Source of the DNA: Patescibacteria group bacterium
GTDB taxonomy: Bacteria > Patescibacteriota > Doudnabacteria > UBA920
Length of the DNA: 37,442 bases
NCBI GenBank assembly: GCA_035628335.1
Contig: DASPKA010000048.1
Span: 1 to 37,442 of the forward strand
Direction: 5' to 3'
Shown here: in pieces, positions 5,581-13,918 of the stretch
Numbering within the stretch: position 1 is the first letter of the stretch
Layout: each line of letters opens with the position of its first letter
The notes under the pieces: generated by a model
Told to the model about the DNA's origin: nothing
What the model saw: the letters and a program-made list of their open reading frames with translations, nothing else
Databases searched by the model: none
Translations under genes and position numbers: made by a program

Positions 5581-7740
5581 ATGCTGACTCTGACAAGTGC
5601 TCAAAAAATTTCACTCTTAAACCAGACTACGCTCAAGTGCTTTAGCACGCCGGACAAAACTCTTATTGCAAAACATTTTACTCGTTCCGCCTTAAAAATT
5701 TTGGGCGGTGATTTTGGATTTATGTGGTTCAAAGACAGATCTGGCGACTACTCTTTGGCATATAAATCCCCAAACCTTCCATATAACCCTATCCCCCCAC
5801 GTAAACACGGCATCAACAAACGAGCAGACAAAACCCGAAACCCGCAGTACCTAGAGAAAATTCCCTATCAAGACACAAAGTATGATGTTTCTGCATACAT
5901 GTCTAGCTTTGTAATAATTCCAATAACCTACCAGAATCGCATGTATGGTAATGCTGTAATCTGTTTTAAAAAACCCAAAAAATTTTCCGCTGAAGACAAA
6001 AGTCTCTGCGTCGCAGTAGGCAATGCAATCGCCCAGGCCTTGACCATCAACCGCCTTGTAGGGTCGCTCGCTGGGTACAAAAAAATAATTGACAGTACCT
6101 CTGAGGCGCTGCTAGTGTTAGACCCACAAACAAAAGCTGTTCTGTACTGTAACCCAGCAAGTCAAAGGTATGCACCTGAAGGGAAGACTCACGCTGACAC
6201 TCATATTAGCGAGATTTTTTCTTCGCTTAACATGGAAATGCTTTCAGCTGCTATTAAAAAAACCTTACAAGAAAATACCCGTCAGGAGTTTGAATCAACC
6301 ATAACAAACCCACAACGTACGGTGCTTCAAATTGCCATTGAGCCACTACGAAACTCGCCCTGGGGTACTGTTGTTGTGCTATTGGTTCACAATATTACGG
6401 AACGCAAAAAAACATTTCAGAAAATTAAGCGACTAGCATACTACGACCGCCTGACAAGTATGCCCAACCGTATGCACTTTGAAGAGGACTTAGTAGCTGA
6501 AGTAGAAACGGCTCGCAAAAACAGCCAGACGTTCTCACTCATCCTTATAGACTTGGACCGGTTTAAGTTTATTAACGATTCTCTCGGCCACCGAGAAGGT
6601 GACAGAGTGCTTCAGGAAACTGGCAAGCGGCTGAAAAAATGTATACGTTCATCTGACAGTGCGTACCGAATAGGTGGCGATGAGTATGCCATAATCATAC
6701 GCGACCAAAACTCGAAACAAGCAGCGGTTACTGTATGCGAAACCATACTCCGACTCCTTGAAATGCCTATGGAAGTAGGTGCACATGAAGTGTACTCCAC
6801 CGCATCTATTGGACTCGGATTTTACCCAACTGATGGAAAAGATTTTGACACATTGCTACGCCACACAGACTATGCATTGTACTTAGCAAAAGAGGCAGGA
6901 GGCAACACCTATATGGGGCTTCCGCTGAACTCCACAGATGTCAAACCCCAAGACAATTGGCAGCTAGACGCTGACCTTCGCAAAGCAATATCACGAAACG
7001 AATTCGTATTTTACTACCAACCTATTTTTACCCTCTCAGAGCCACACACTACAACCCAACTAGAAGCCATACTCCGTTGGAATCACCCTAAGCGGGGTCT
7101 TGTGATGCCGGTTGCGTTTCATAAGTACTTAGAGGCCTCAGGGTTAATTGTGGGTTTAACCGAATGGCAGTTTAATCAGGCGTGTGAAATGATACTCAAT
7201 CTGAGAGCGGTAAAGTTAGAAATTCCTATTTGTATAAATATTTCTGCGCGTCAACTATTGCAACAAAACTTTTTTCAGACAGTCACCTTCACGCTGCAAA
7301 AGCATGACATTGACCCCTCACTTATAAAGCTCGAACTTACAGAAACACTGTTGATAAAGAACTTAGAAGCCTCTCAAGAACTGCTTGCGAAATTTAGGAG
7401 TCTTGGATTTAGGGTAATGGTTGATGACTTTGGCACGGGGTATGCCTCGCTCAATTACCTTAAGGACCTTCGGGTAGACGGGATAAAAATCGATCGTTCG
7501 TATATTCAACATATTCATAAAAGTCCAATGGACCTTGCTATTGTGCGCGCGCTTATTTTTCTCTGCACGGAATCAGGTCTAGAGCTCGTAGCGGAAGGCG
7601 TGGAAACAACCCAACAAAAAGACATTTTGCTTAACGCAGGTGCAAACCTTGCACAGGGATACCTATACAGTGAGCCACTTGCAGCTGAAAAGTGTATTGA
7701 AATGATCACGAAAAAGAACAAGAAAAAAACCCGGGAGTAA
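5581..7740 (+). CDS. GAF-PAS-GGDEF-EAL cyclic-di-GMP signalling protein
   Basis: GGDEF domain: YYDRLTSMPNR...LILIDLDRFKFINDSLGH..GD...RSSDSAYRIGGDEYAII (GGDEY variant with RxxD five residues upstream). EAL domain: YYQPIF...LEAILRW...ELTE...DDFGTGYASLNYL...KIDRSYI...AEGVET..QGYLYSEP. Confidence 0.9.
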   Translation: MLTLTSAQKISLLNQTTLKCFSTPDKTLIAKHFTRSALKILGGDFGFMWFKDRSGDYSLAYKSPNLPYNPIPPRKHGINKRADKTRNPQYLEKIPYQDTKYDVSAYMSSFVIIPITYQNRMYGNAVICFKKPKKFSAEDKSLCVAVGNAIAQALTINRLVGSLAGYKKIIDSTSEALLVLDPQTKAVLYCNPASQRYAPEGKTHADTHISEIFSSLNMEMLSAAIKKTLQENTRQEFESTITNPQRTVLQIAIEPLRNSPWGTVVVLLVHNITERKKTFQKIKRLAYYDRLTSMPNRMHFEEDLVAEVETARKNSQTFSLILIDLDRFKFINDSLGHREGDRVLQETGKRLKKCIRSSDSAYRIGGDEYAIIIRDQNSKQAAVTVCETILRLLEMPMEVGAHEVYSTASIGLGFYPTDGKDFDTLLRHTDYALYLAKEAGGNTYMGLPLNSTDVKPQDNWQLDADLRKAISRNEFVFYYQPIFTLSEPHTTTQLEAILRWNHPKRGLVMPVAFHKYLEASGLIVGLTEWQFNQACEMILNLRAVKLEIPICINISARQLLQQNFFQTVTFTLQKHDIDPSLIKLELTETLLIKNLEASQELLAKFRSLGFRVMVDDFGTGYASLNYLKDLRVDGIKIDRSYIQHIHKSPMDLAIVRALIFLCTESGLELVAEGVETTQQKDILLNAGANLAQGYLYSEPLAAEKCIEMITKKNKKKTRE

Positions 7741-7754
7741 TTCCCAGGTTTTTT
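7723..7754. terminator. Bidirectional rho-independent terminator overlapping the GGDEF-EAL stop codon
   Basis: aaaaaaa-cccggga-gtaa-ttcccagg-tttttt. The stem has one mismatch. An A-run lies on one side and a T-run on the other. Confidence 0.7.
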
Positions 7755-7775
7755 GAAACTTCCTCCTGTGGGAGT

Positions 7776-7892
7776 TTAGGACTGCGACTGTCTGTTGCCA
7801 CCCCCAGAGCTTGAACCTTGCCCTGAGTCCTCGCGGCCCTTATTCTGGCGCTTGTCTTCTTCCATAGTGAAATCTTGGTTTTCAGCAAACAT
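7776..7892 (-). CDS. Possible small hydrophilic protein (38 aa, Gly/Ser/Gln-rich)
   Basis: Hand-found ORF: MFAENQDFTMEEDKRQNKGREDSGQGSSSGGGNRQSQS*. A partial SD (gaaagga) lies 9 nt upstream, and the ORF ends just before the 7723-7754 terminator. It replaces the implausible 92-aa track ORF 7706-7984. Confidence 0.3.
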   Translation of the reverse strand: MFAENQDFTMEEDKRQNKGREDSGQGSSSGGGNRQSQS

Positions 7893-8111
7893 ATATTAGT
7901 TCCTTTCATTAAGTACGCGTTGCGTACTTTTTTAAATAGTCGCACACAACATATCTGCGGTGCACGTACACACAGCTTACACACAGCGACTGAAAAATAA
8001 GTGAACTCTCTCTCAGAAAAATAAGTTCATGTTTTCTTAAGACAATATCATTAGAATAAGTTGTGAGTACTTAAAGTTTTGCGTTGAACACGCAACACAG
8101 AGGAGAAATTT

Positions 8112-8423
8112 ATGACATCTCATATTTCGCTCTCATATAGCCCACTGAGCTGGAACAGTAGAGTAGCTAACGATGGAACTGGATTAACTCCAGTGCAAGC
8201 GTTAGCGTACTCACTATGCTCTCCACGGCTTGATAGTGAGGTTGCACAAGAACCGCACCTAAGCAGGTTCTTTCATCTTCCCAGCGGAGCGTTCGCTCTC
8301 TCGTGCGCAGAGTTGGTGTTTGACGCAATTCGCGACAAGAAACATAAGGGCGTACCGCTAGAAAAAGAGTACACCCAAGACGCCGCTGGCAATACCGAAT
8401 GGGAAGCTCACAATCCAGAATAA
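8112..8423 (+). CDS. Hypothetical protein (103 aa)
   Basis: Good SD (agaggag, 7 nt before ATG). No recognisable domain. Confidence 0.45.
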   Translation: MTSHISLSYSPLSWNSRVANDGTGLTPVQALAYSLCSPRLDSEVAQEPHLSRFFHLPSGAFALSCAELVFDAIRDKKHKGVPLEKEYTQDAAGNTEWEAHNPE

Positions 8424-8440
8424 ACTTTCCTGTTAACAGT

Positions 8441-8526
8441 CCGTGTATGCACGGTCTGTAGGTTCGGGGACAAGCGCTGTTTCATTTTCCAACTGGAGAA
8501 ACACAAAGACCTTGTCCCCGACCGTG
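8441..8526 (+). other. Structured RNA element in the 3' UTR of 8112-8423 (nested and mutually exclusive helices)
   Basis: ccgtg(8441-8445)-tatg-cacgg(8450-8454). An 11-bp perfect stem tcggggacaag(8464-8474)/cttgtccccga(8511-8521) encloses tgtttc...gaaaca. ccgtg(8522-8526) can alternatively pair with cacgg(8450-8454). Confidence 0.4.
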
Positions 8527-8561
8527 ACCTATAAGCCAACATGAAAACTGAAGTATGAATG

Positions 8562-8588
8562 ATCTCATAAAAAATATGAGATTTTTTA
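8562..8588 (+). terminator. Rho-independent terminator
   Basis: atctcata-aaaaa-tatgagat followed by ttttt. Confidence 0.7.
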
Positions 8589-8781
8589 TTTAGACTTTAC
8601 TTCACACTTTAATTCTTCCTAGTTTCTGTCTTAATTCATAATCCCTTCACTCACATTAATTTAATTCGTAAACGTTACTGTGTACGCATAAGGTCGTCAA
8701 AGCGCATACGCATGGACGAACCAAAGCTAAAGGTCGAACAACAAGTAAGAACTATGTTAGTAACATTTTAATACTCAACAA

Positions 8782-9378
8782 ATGAAAACACACTCCAAAC
8801 TCATCACGTTCACCGCTCTCGGCATGTTTGCTCTTGCAAGCAGCACTGCTCTTGCGGCAACGGTTTCAGATGGCTCTTCTCTAAACCTGAACCGAAACTC
8901 AGTACTAAACTTTATTGTTCGCAACACTGGCACCGCCAACATCAATAACTCAGTTACGAGTGTCTCTAGTACTGGCAATAACACCATTTCTGCTGCAGAT
9001 GACGCAGATGATGTGAGTGTTAGAACTGGTGCGGCAGATGCCGGTGCGGGTGTGCAGACTACTGCAAACTCCAGCAGCGTCACAGCAGACATTACCACTC
9101 ACACAGTGGATGTCTTACCAGATATTACCGTAACTGATGAATCAAGTGCCAACGTTAATACCAATGACGTGGCAACTCAAGATATTACGAACGACAATGT
9201 AGCTAACACGACCAATTCCATGGCTGCCGTGGCTGACACGGGAAGCAACGGAATTTTTTCCGGTGACGGGATTAACGGAGCGAGCATTGTAACCGGGCGT
9301 TCGGTAACTACCAGCGCACTTATGGAAGCACTAAATAACGTAATCGTTAATATACGCTTCCGCAGACTAACTCATTAG
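8782..9378 (+). CDS. Secreted Asn/Thr/Gly-rich repeat protein (198 aa), paralog family member 1
   Basis: Signal peptide MKTHSKLITFTALGMFALASSTALA. Two modules carry STGNNTISAADD and DTGSNGIFSGDG. The motif is shared with 9499-10101 and 10209-13385. Confidence 0.8.
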   Translation: MKTHSKLITFTALGMFALASSTALAATVSDGSSLNLNRNSVLNFIVRNTGTANINNSVTSVSSTGNNTISAADDADDVSVRTGAADAGAGVQTTANSSSVTADITTHTVDVLPDITVTDESSANVNTNDVATQDITNDNVANTTNSMAAVADTGSNGIFSGDGINGASIVTGRSVTTSALMEALNNVIVNIRFRRLTH

Positions 9379-9498
9379 AACAATTATTAATTTTCCCCAC
9401 TTTTTGTGCGATTATCCTACCTTGCTATTGCAATTGGGATGCCGCTGCCTAAAGGCAGTCGATGCACAAAAATGGTGGAAACTAAAGAAGGAAAAAAT

Positions 9499-10101
9499 AT
9501 GAAAAAAGTACTAACCGCGGCGGCGGCGCTCGCCACCATGATTACCTTCTCCGGAGTAGCCTCAGCAGCAGGTATCTGGGTTGATGACTCCTCCAGTCTT
9601 AATCACAACACTAACTTAAATCTATTGCTCCAAATGCTTAACCGCAATAACTCTACCACGAGCAATTCACTTAATGGTGTAGCAAGCAGCGGAAGCAACT
9701 TCATTACCGTTGCTGACGACGCAGAAAATACAGACATTTCAAGTGGTGTTTCTGACTCCGCAGTAGGGGCAGACGTGCAGGCAAACGAAATTCAAGTTGA
9801 CGCTCTCATAGAAACATCTGGCCCTAGTGGAACTGGCAGTGCAACCGCAGTAAATATTACCGATGACTCAAGTGCTAATGTGAATGAAAATGACAACATC
9901 ACTCACTTCATTGATAATGACAACACTAACAGCATTGGTAACAGCTTAAACACCACCTCATCAAGCGGCAGCAACGGCGCAGCAATTGGCGACGGCTCAC
10001 TCAATACCCGAATAACCTCTGGCGACGCACGAACCACCACCCTCTTCACTGGAATGTTTGACGCTATTGCCCAGCTTATCACCGTCCGGCGCAACCGCTA
10101 A
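9499..10101 (+). CDS. Secreted Asn/Thr/Gly-rich repeat protein (200 aa), paralog family member 2
   Basis: I moved the start to ATG 9499 (MKKVLTAAAALATMITFSGVASA signal peptide, gaagga SD). Modules carry SSGSNFITVADD and SSGSNGAAIGDG. Confidence 0.8.
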   Translation: MKKVLTAAAALATMITFSGVASAAGIWVDDSSSLNHNTNLNLLLQMLNRNNSTTSNSLNGVASSGSNFITVADDAENTDISSGVSDSAVGADVQANEIQVDALIETSGPSGTGSATAVNITDDSSANVNENDNITHFIDNDNTNSIGNSLNTTSSSGSNGAAIGDGSLNTRITSGDARTTTLFTGMFDAIAQLITVRRNR

Positions 10102-10208
10102 TGTGTACAAAATTTGCAATAGCAAAAAAATTTCACAAATAGGTTGCATATATGGTTTGGCCATTCCTGGCCAAACTGGATATGCATCTTAATCAAAAAA
10201 ATTGAAAC

Positions 10209-13200
10209 ATGCCACTCAACCAAAATATTTTCAAAACGAGGCTCACATTAGTATCTTTTTTTCTTATTGCCACGCTCACTTTTTCCGGGCTGATGCAGAC
10301 TGTATACGCGGACACTGAACCAACACAGGAGGCAATGCAAGAGTTGCTTAATGAAATGGGCAGCAGTACACCGACGGCGCCACCAGGGAATACAGGAACA
10401 AGTTCACCAGAGATGCTGGAAACTGGAACCGCGACTCAAGAAACAGTTCTGGGAACTAGCGGTACTAGCACTTCTGAGGATTATGAAGCTCCTACTACAC
10501 AAGCCCCTAGGTTAGATGGGTGTATGACAGACCTTACTAACTATGGCACCTCACCTACTACAGGCACCGCAACTATCCCAAGCACCTCAGGCACTACCAC
10601 TCCTGAGCAGCCTTGTTTAGGGGGAGGTACAATTTCCGTAACAGACAACAGCTCAGGGACTGTTACCGTACAAAATAACACGGAGCTCCACATCATAAAC
10701 ACAAACGACATTGACGTAACCACAAACGTTGACACACTCGGGAACAGCGGTAATAACACCATCTCTGCCGGAGACGACATGAATAATGGAACGATCGAAA
10801 CTGGAAATATAAACATCTTTGCAAATGTGCTCACAGTTGCAAACAATAATATGGTTAACTCAGACATCGTACAGACTGTCCAAAACTTTAACACCCTCTC
10901 AACCTCCCTGTTCTTAAACCAAATCGAATCTGCACCTGAAGTAGTAGCGCAGGACCTGGTAACTGGAATGTGCGGAACCGCTCAACAAACAGTGGACGAT
11001 GACTCCACGCTTGACCTTAACTGCCAAAGCTACAGCCTCTTCCAGCTTACTAACAACAATACGGCCAATGTGCAAAACGATGTGTCCGGTTTGGGTCTCT
11101 CGGGCCAAAACCTTCTTTCAGCAGGTGATGGTATTAATAATTCAAATATAAAAACTGGAAATGTGAATGCGGTGGTTAATGTTATTAACTTTGTAAACAC
11201 CAACCTGGTTAACTCCCGACTTACCGTAGTAAACTTCAATGTGTTTGGTACATGGACAGGCGACTTAGTTATGCCTTCCCACTTATTCTTCGAACATGCC
11301 ATGACCGTAGGCAATTCTGCAGCTGCTGATCTCTCCTCTGTTTCAGAAGTAATTTTCAACATTGAAAATGAAAACGAAGCTGACATTACTAACAACATAA
11401 ATACTGGTGCAGGGTCTGGAGACAACCAATTGCTCGCTATGGGCACCAATAGTGATGTTAGAGCCAGCACTGCAGAAAGTGGGGCAGCAGCGAGCGGCTC
11501 AAATGTACAAAACATTGCCAACACAAACATAGTAAACGGTAAATGGTATCTTGGGCTTGTAAATATGCTTGGCAACTGGTCAGGTAACGTTTACTCCCTG
11601 CCTGGATTAGTGGCCATGGCTACCACGACCACAGGGCTCTCGTTCTTTGCTACAAACGCTGCTAACGCTGATGGAAGCTACCAAGCATTCTCAGAATCGC
11701 TTGCAAACATTAACAATCAAAGTACGGCCACTATAGATATACACAACCAAAATGACGCCACAGTCACAAACAATGTTGACCTTACCTCCTATACCGGCGG
11801 CAATGCTATAGCAGCGGGGGATGATGTAAAAAACTCAGCAATTTTTACCGGAAACAGTAAAGCCCTGGCCAACATATTAAACTTCGTAAATACCAATTTG
11901 ATTTCTGCTGATGTACAAGTAGGCATGATAAACATTTTTGGCCAATGGAACGGCAACATCACTTTTGGCTACCCTGACCTTGGAATAACTCAAACCGCAA
12001 CTCCGCCTATATTCCCAAACACACCGGGACAAACAGAACAAATTACTTTGTCGTATAAAAACACAGGGGATGGGTATATGAAAGACACGGAAATAGAATG
12101 GCACTATGACGCAAGTGCAATGAAGCCGCTGAACATAGGTACATACAATGGAACCATAACGCAGCCGGGCATAGCATTCTTCCCGCTCGGCCAAGTTATG
12201 CCCGGACAAAACGGAAATTTGCAATTAACCATTGAAAGCCTGAAAACTTTTACAGTTAACTCAACCGTGGATTCGTATGCCCGAATCTTTGGTAAAGGAC
12301 CGGAAATAAATATACTTAATAACGAGTCCCTACTACACTTACCAGTCTTGGCATTTGCTGGAACAACAACCAGCCCGGGAACCAGCACATCGCCTGGCAC
12401 GAGCACGCCTCCTGGTAATCCACCGCCAACTGGCGGAGGTGGAGGTGGAGGAGGAGGTGGCGGAAGTGTTGGTGGGGGAACACCTACCACAGGCCTCGTA
12501 ATAACCAAAGTCAACAACGCAATTGGGACAAAACATGCTGGAGATGTGATTACGTTCACTGTTAGCATAGACAACTACCTGCCGCATGCAGTTACGAATC
12601 TTGTGGTCTATGACACACTACGCGCGCCAGATGGGAGTGTAGTAATAACCAGAGAAATACCTATTCAAACCCTAAACCGCGGAGACGGTGCTGATATTTC
12701 ATACGAACTCCGTGTTACACAAAACGCACCTTCTGGTACATATGTAAACTCAGCATACGCAGAAGGCTTAGATGCAACGTTGCAGCCGGTGCGGAGCACC
12801 AATACAGCAACTAGTTCGTTTGTAGTAGACCGCGCTGGCGGACCCGGTGGCGGCGCGGGAGGCGGAGGTGGGGGGTCTACGGGCGGACCCGGTGGCGGCA
12901 CTGGGACCTCGACACCACCTTTTGAAGAAGTTGGAGGAACTAGCGAAGGCGGGATCAGTTTAGTTGGTACCAGTACCCCGGTAACACCGCAAGTCTTAGG
13001 CGTAGGAGCGACAGCAAGTCCATACGAAGGTAAACTTATCTGCATTCGTGGATCAAAAACTACCTACCTTGTCCAAGACGGACAGCTGCGGCCCATTACA
13101 CTCCAAGTATTCCAACAAAGAAAATACTCATTTAAAAATGTAAAAGTTATTAGTAAGGCGGAAGCGGCTGGATTAGAAATAGGCCCCCTGCTTCCTCCCA

Positions 13201-13385
13201 CTAACGCTACGCTAGTTAAGACATCTGCTAAAAAAGACAAGACACTGTACTGGACTATGGATGGACTCCTCCACCCTATTAACTATGGCTACTACATTGC
13301 CCACAATTTAAAAAAGCATCGCCTGTTTACGCTTAACGAAAGAGACTTAAAATCAATGCCATTAGGAGATGCCCTCATACAATAA
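10209..13385 (+). CDS. Large secreted surface protein (1058 aa): Thr/Ser/Pro-rich linker, four copies of the family repeat, two DUF11/CARDB-like domains, poly-Gly linkers and a C-terminal twin repeat
   Basis: N-terminal signal/anchor LTLVSFFLIATLTFSGLMQTVYA. Repeats: NSGNNTISAGDD, LSGQNLLSAGDG, GSGDNQLLAMGT, YTGGNAIAAGDD. DUF11-like segments: ITKVNNAIGTKHAGDVITFTVSIDNY...NLVVYDTL and TPGQTEQITLSYKNTGDG. Linkers: PGTSTSPGTSTPPGNPPPTGGGGGGGGGGGS and GGPGGGAGGGGGGSTGGPGGGTG. Confidence 0.85.
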   Translation: MPLNQNIFKTRLTLVSFFLIATLTFSGLMQTVYADTEPTQEAMQELLNEMGSSTPTAPPGNTGTSSPEMLETGTATQETVLGTSGTSTSEDYEAPTTQAPRLDGCMTDLTNYGTSPTTGTATIPSTSGTTTPEQPCLGGGTISVTDNSSGTVTVQNNTELHIINTNDIDVTTNVDTLGNSGNNTISAGDDMNNGTIETGNINIFANVLTVANNNMVNSDIVQTVQNFNTLSTSLFLNQIESAPEVVAQDLVTGMCGTAQQTVDDDSTLDLNCQSYSLFQLTNNNTANVQNDVSGLGLSGQNLLSAGDGINNSNIKTGNVNAVVNVINFVNTNLVNSRLTVVNFNVFGTWTGDLVMPSHLFFEHAMTVGNSAAADLSSVSEVIFNIENENEADITNNINTGAGSGDNQLLAMGTNSDVRASTAESGAAASGSNVQNIANTNIVNGKWYLGLVNMLGNWSGNVYSLPGLVAMATTTTGLSFFATNAANADGSYQAFSESLANINNQSTATIDIHNQNDATVTNNVDLTSYTGGNAIAAGDDVKNSAIFTGNSKALANILNFVNTNLISADVQVGMINIFGQWNGNITFGYPDLGITQTATPPIFPNTPGQTEQITLSYKNTGDGYMKDTEIEWHYDASAMKPLNIGTYNGTITQPGIAFFPLGQVMPGQNGNLQLTIESLKTFTVNSTVDSYARIFGKGPEINILNNESLLHLPVLAFAGTTTSPGTSTSPGTSTPPGNPPPTGGGGGGGGGGGSVGGGTPTTGLVITKVNNAIGTKHAGDVITFTVSIDNYLPHAVTNLVVYDTLRAPDGSVVITREIPIQTLNRGDGADISYELRVTQNAPSGTYVNSAYAEGLDATLQPVRSTNTATSSFVVDRAGGPGGGAGGGGGGSTGGPGGGTGTSTPPFEEVGGTSEGGISLVGTSTPVTPQVLGVGATASPYEGKLICIRGSKTTYLVQDGQLRPITLQVFQQRKYSFKNVKVISKAEAAGLEIGPLLPPTNATLVKTSAKKDKTLYWTMDGLLHPINYGYYIAHNLKKHRLFTLNERDLKSMPLGDALIQ

Positions 13386-13429
13386 AAATCTTAATAATGA
13401 AAAGTTCAATTGCACTTTTTATTAAACAA

Positions 13430-13458
13430 ATTGCCGCTATTCTTAGAATAGCGGCAAT
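13430..13458. terminator. Bidirectional terminator hairpin between convergent genes
   Basis: attgccgctattc-tta-gaatagcggcaat (13-bp perfect stem) with short T-rich tails on both strands. Confidence 0.65.
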
Positions 13459-13476
13459 TTACAAATCCAGTATACC

Positions 13477-13905
13477 TTAAAGAATTTCTGTGATCTGGAC
13501 TCTGGGGCCGAGGGTGTGCTTGCAGCAGTAATTACCTAGAAATTTCCCGCCTATCACAACGGTAAATCCTAATACCATAACGATTACGCTTTCTAAGGCA
13601 CTCTCAACCTCCCCAAAGAGCAACTTTGCCCATACACCGCTCCCTAAGGCAAATGCTGGTAACATGAGCCCAAGCACAACAAGGATGATCCCAAGGAGAT
13701 TGCTTGGAAAGAGCCCTCGATCATCAAGGCTCTCCAGAATTCCAACCTGGAAGCCAGGTAGGAAATTTAAAGCCACAAGCCCCACTACAGACATAGTGGC
13801 ACCCCCTGTCCCACCAAGCTGGGCCAACTTCCAGTCAAGAAAACCAAACGCCACACCTGTTCCCATCCATGCCAGTAAACTCATAAGCCATTTCACAACT
13901 TTCAT
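13477..13905 (-). CDS. Small polytopic membrane protein (142 aa), tandem paralog 2
   Basis: Start moved to ATG 13903-13905 (SD ggagaa). GVAFGFLDWKLAQL...ALNFLPGFQ resembles GFSFGVLDWLLPQL...ALNFLPVAQ in the upstream gene. Confidence 0.7.
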   Translation of the reverse strand: MKVVKWLMSLLAWMGTGVAFGFLDWKLAQLGGTGGATMSVVGLVALNFLPGFQVGILESLDDRGLFPSNLLGIILVVLGLMLPAFALGSGVWAKLLFGEVESALESVIVMVLGFTVVIGGKFLGNYCCKHTLGPRVQITEIL

Positions 13906-13918
13906 GTTTTCTCCGTCT

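Noticed and set aside
7706-7984. 92-aa minus-strand ORF.
   Set aside because: It runs through the bidirectional terminator and into the GGDEF-EAL gene end. A shorter 38-aa ORF in another frame fits the SD and terminator better, though it is itself low confidence.
10541-13045. Antisense ORFs inside the large surface-protein gene: 10541-10894, 10914-11108, 11030-11575, 11877-12224, 12104-12574, 12339-12587, 12665-13045.
   Set aside because: They are shadow frames of a long, well-supported plus-strand CDS. Their compositions are low-complexity mirror images (poly-Pro opposite poly-Gly), and they have no SD sequences.
8782-13385. Diversity-generating retroelement targeting the repeat proteins.
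   Set aside because: No reverse transcriptase or Avd gene, and no template/variable repeat pair with adenine-specific mismatches, is visible in the window.
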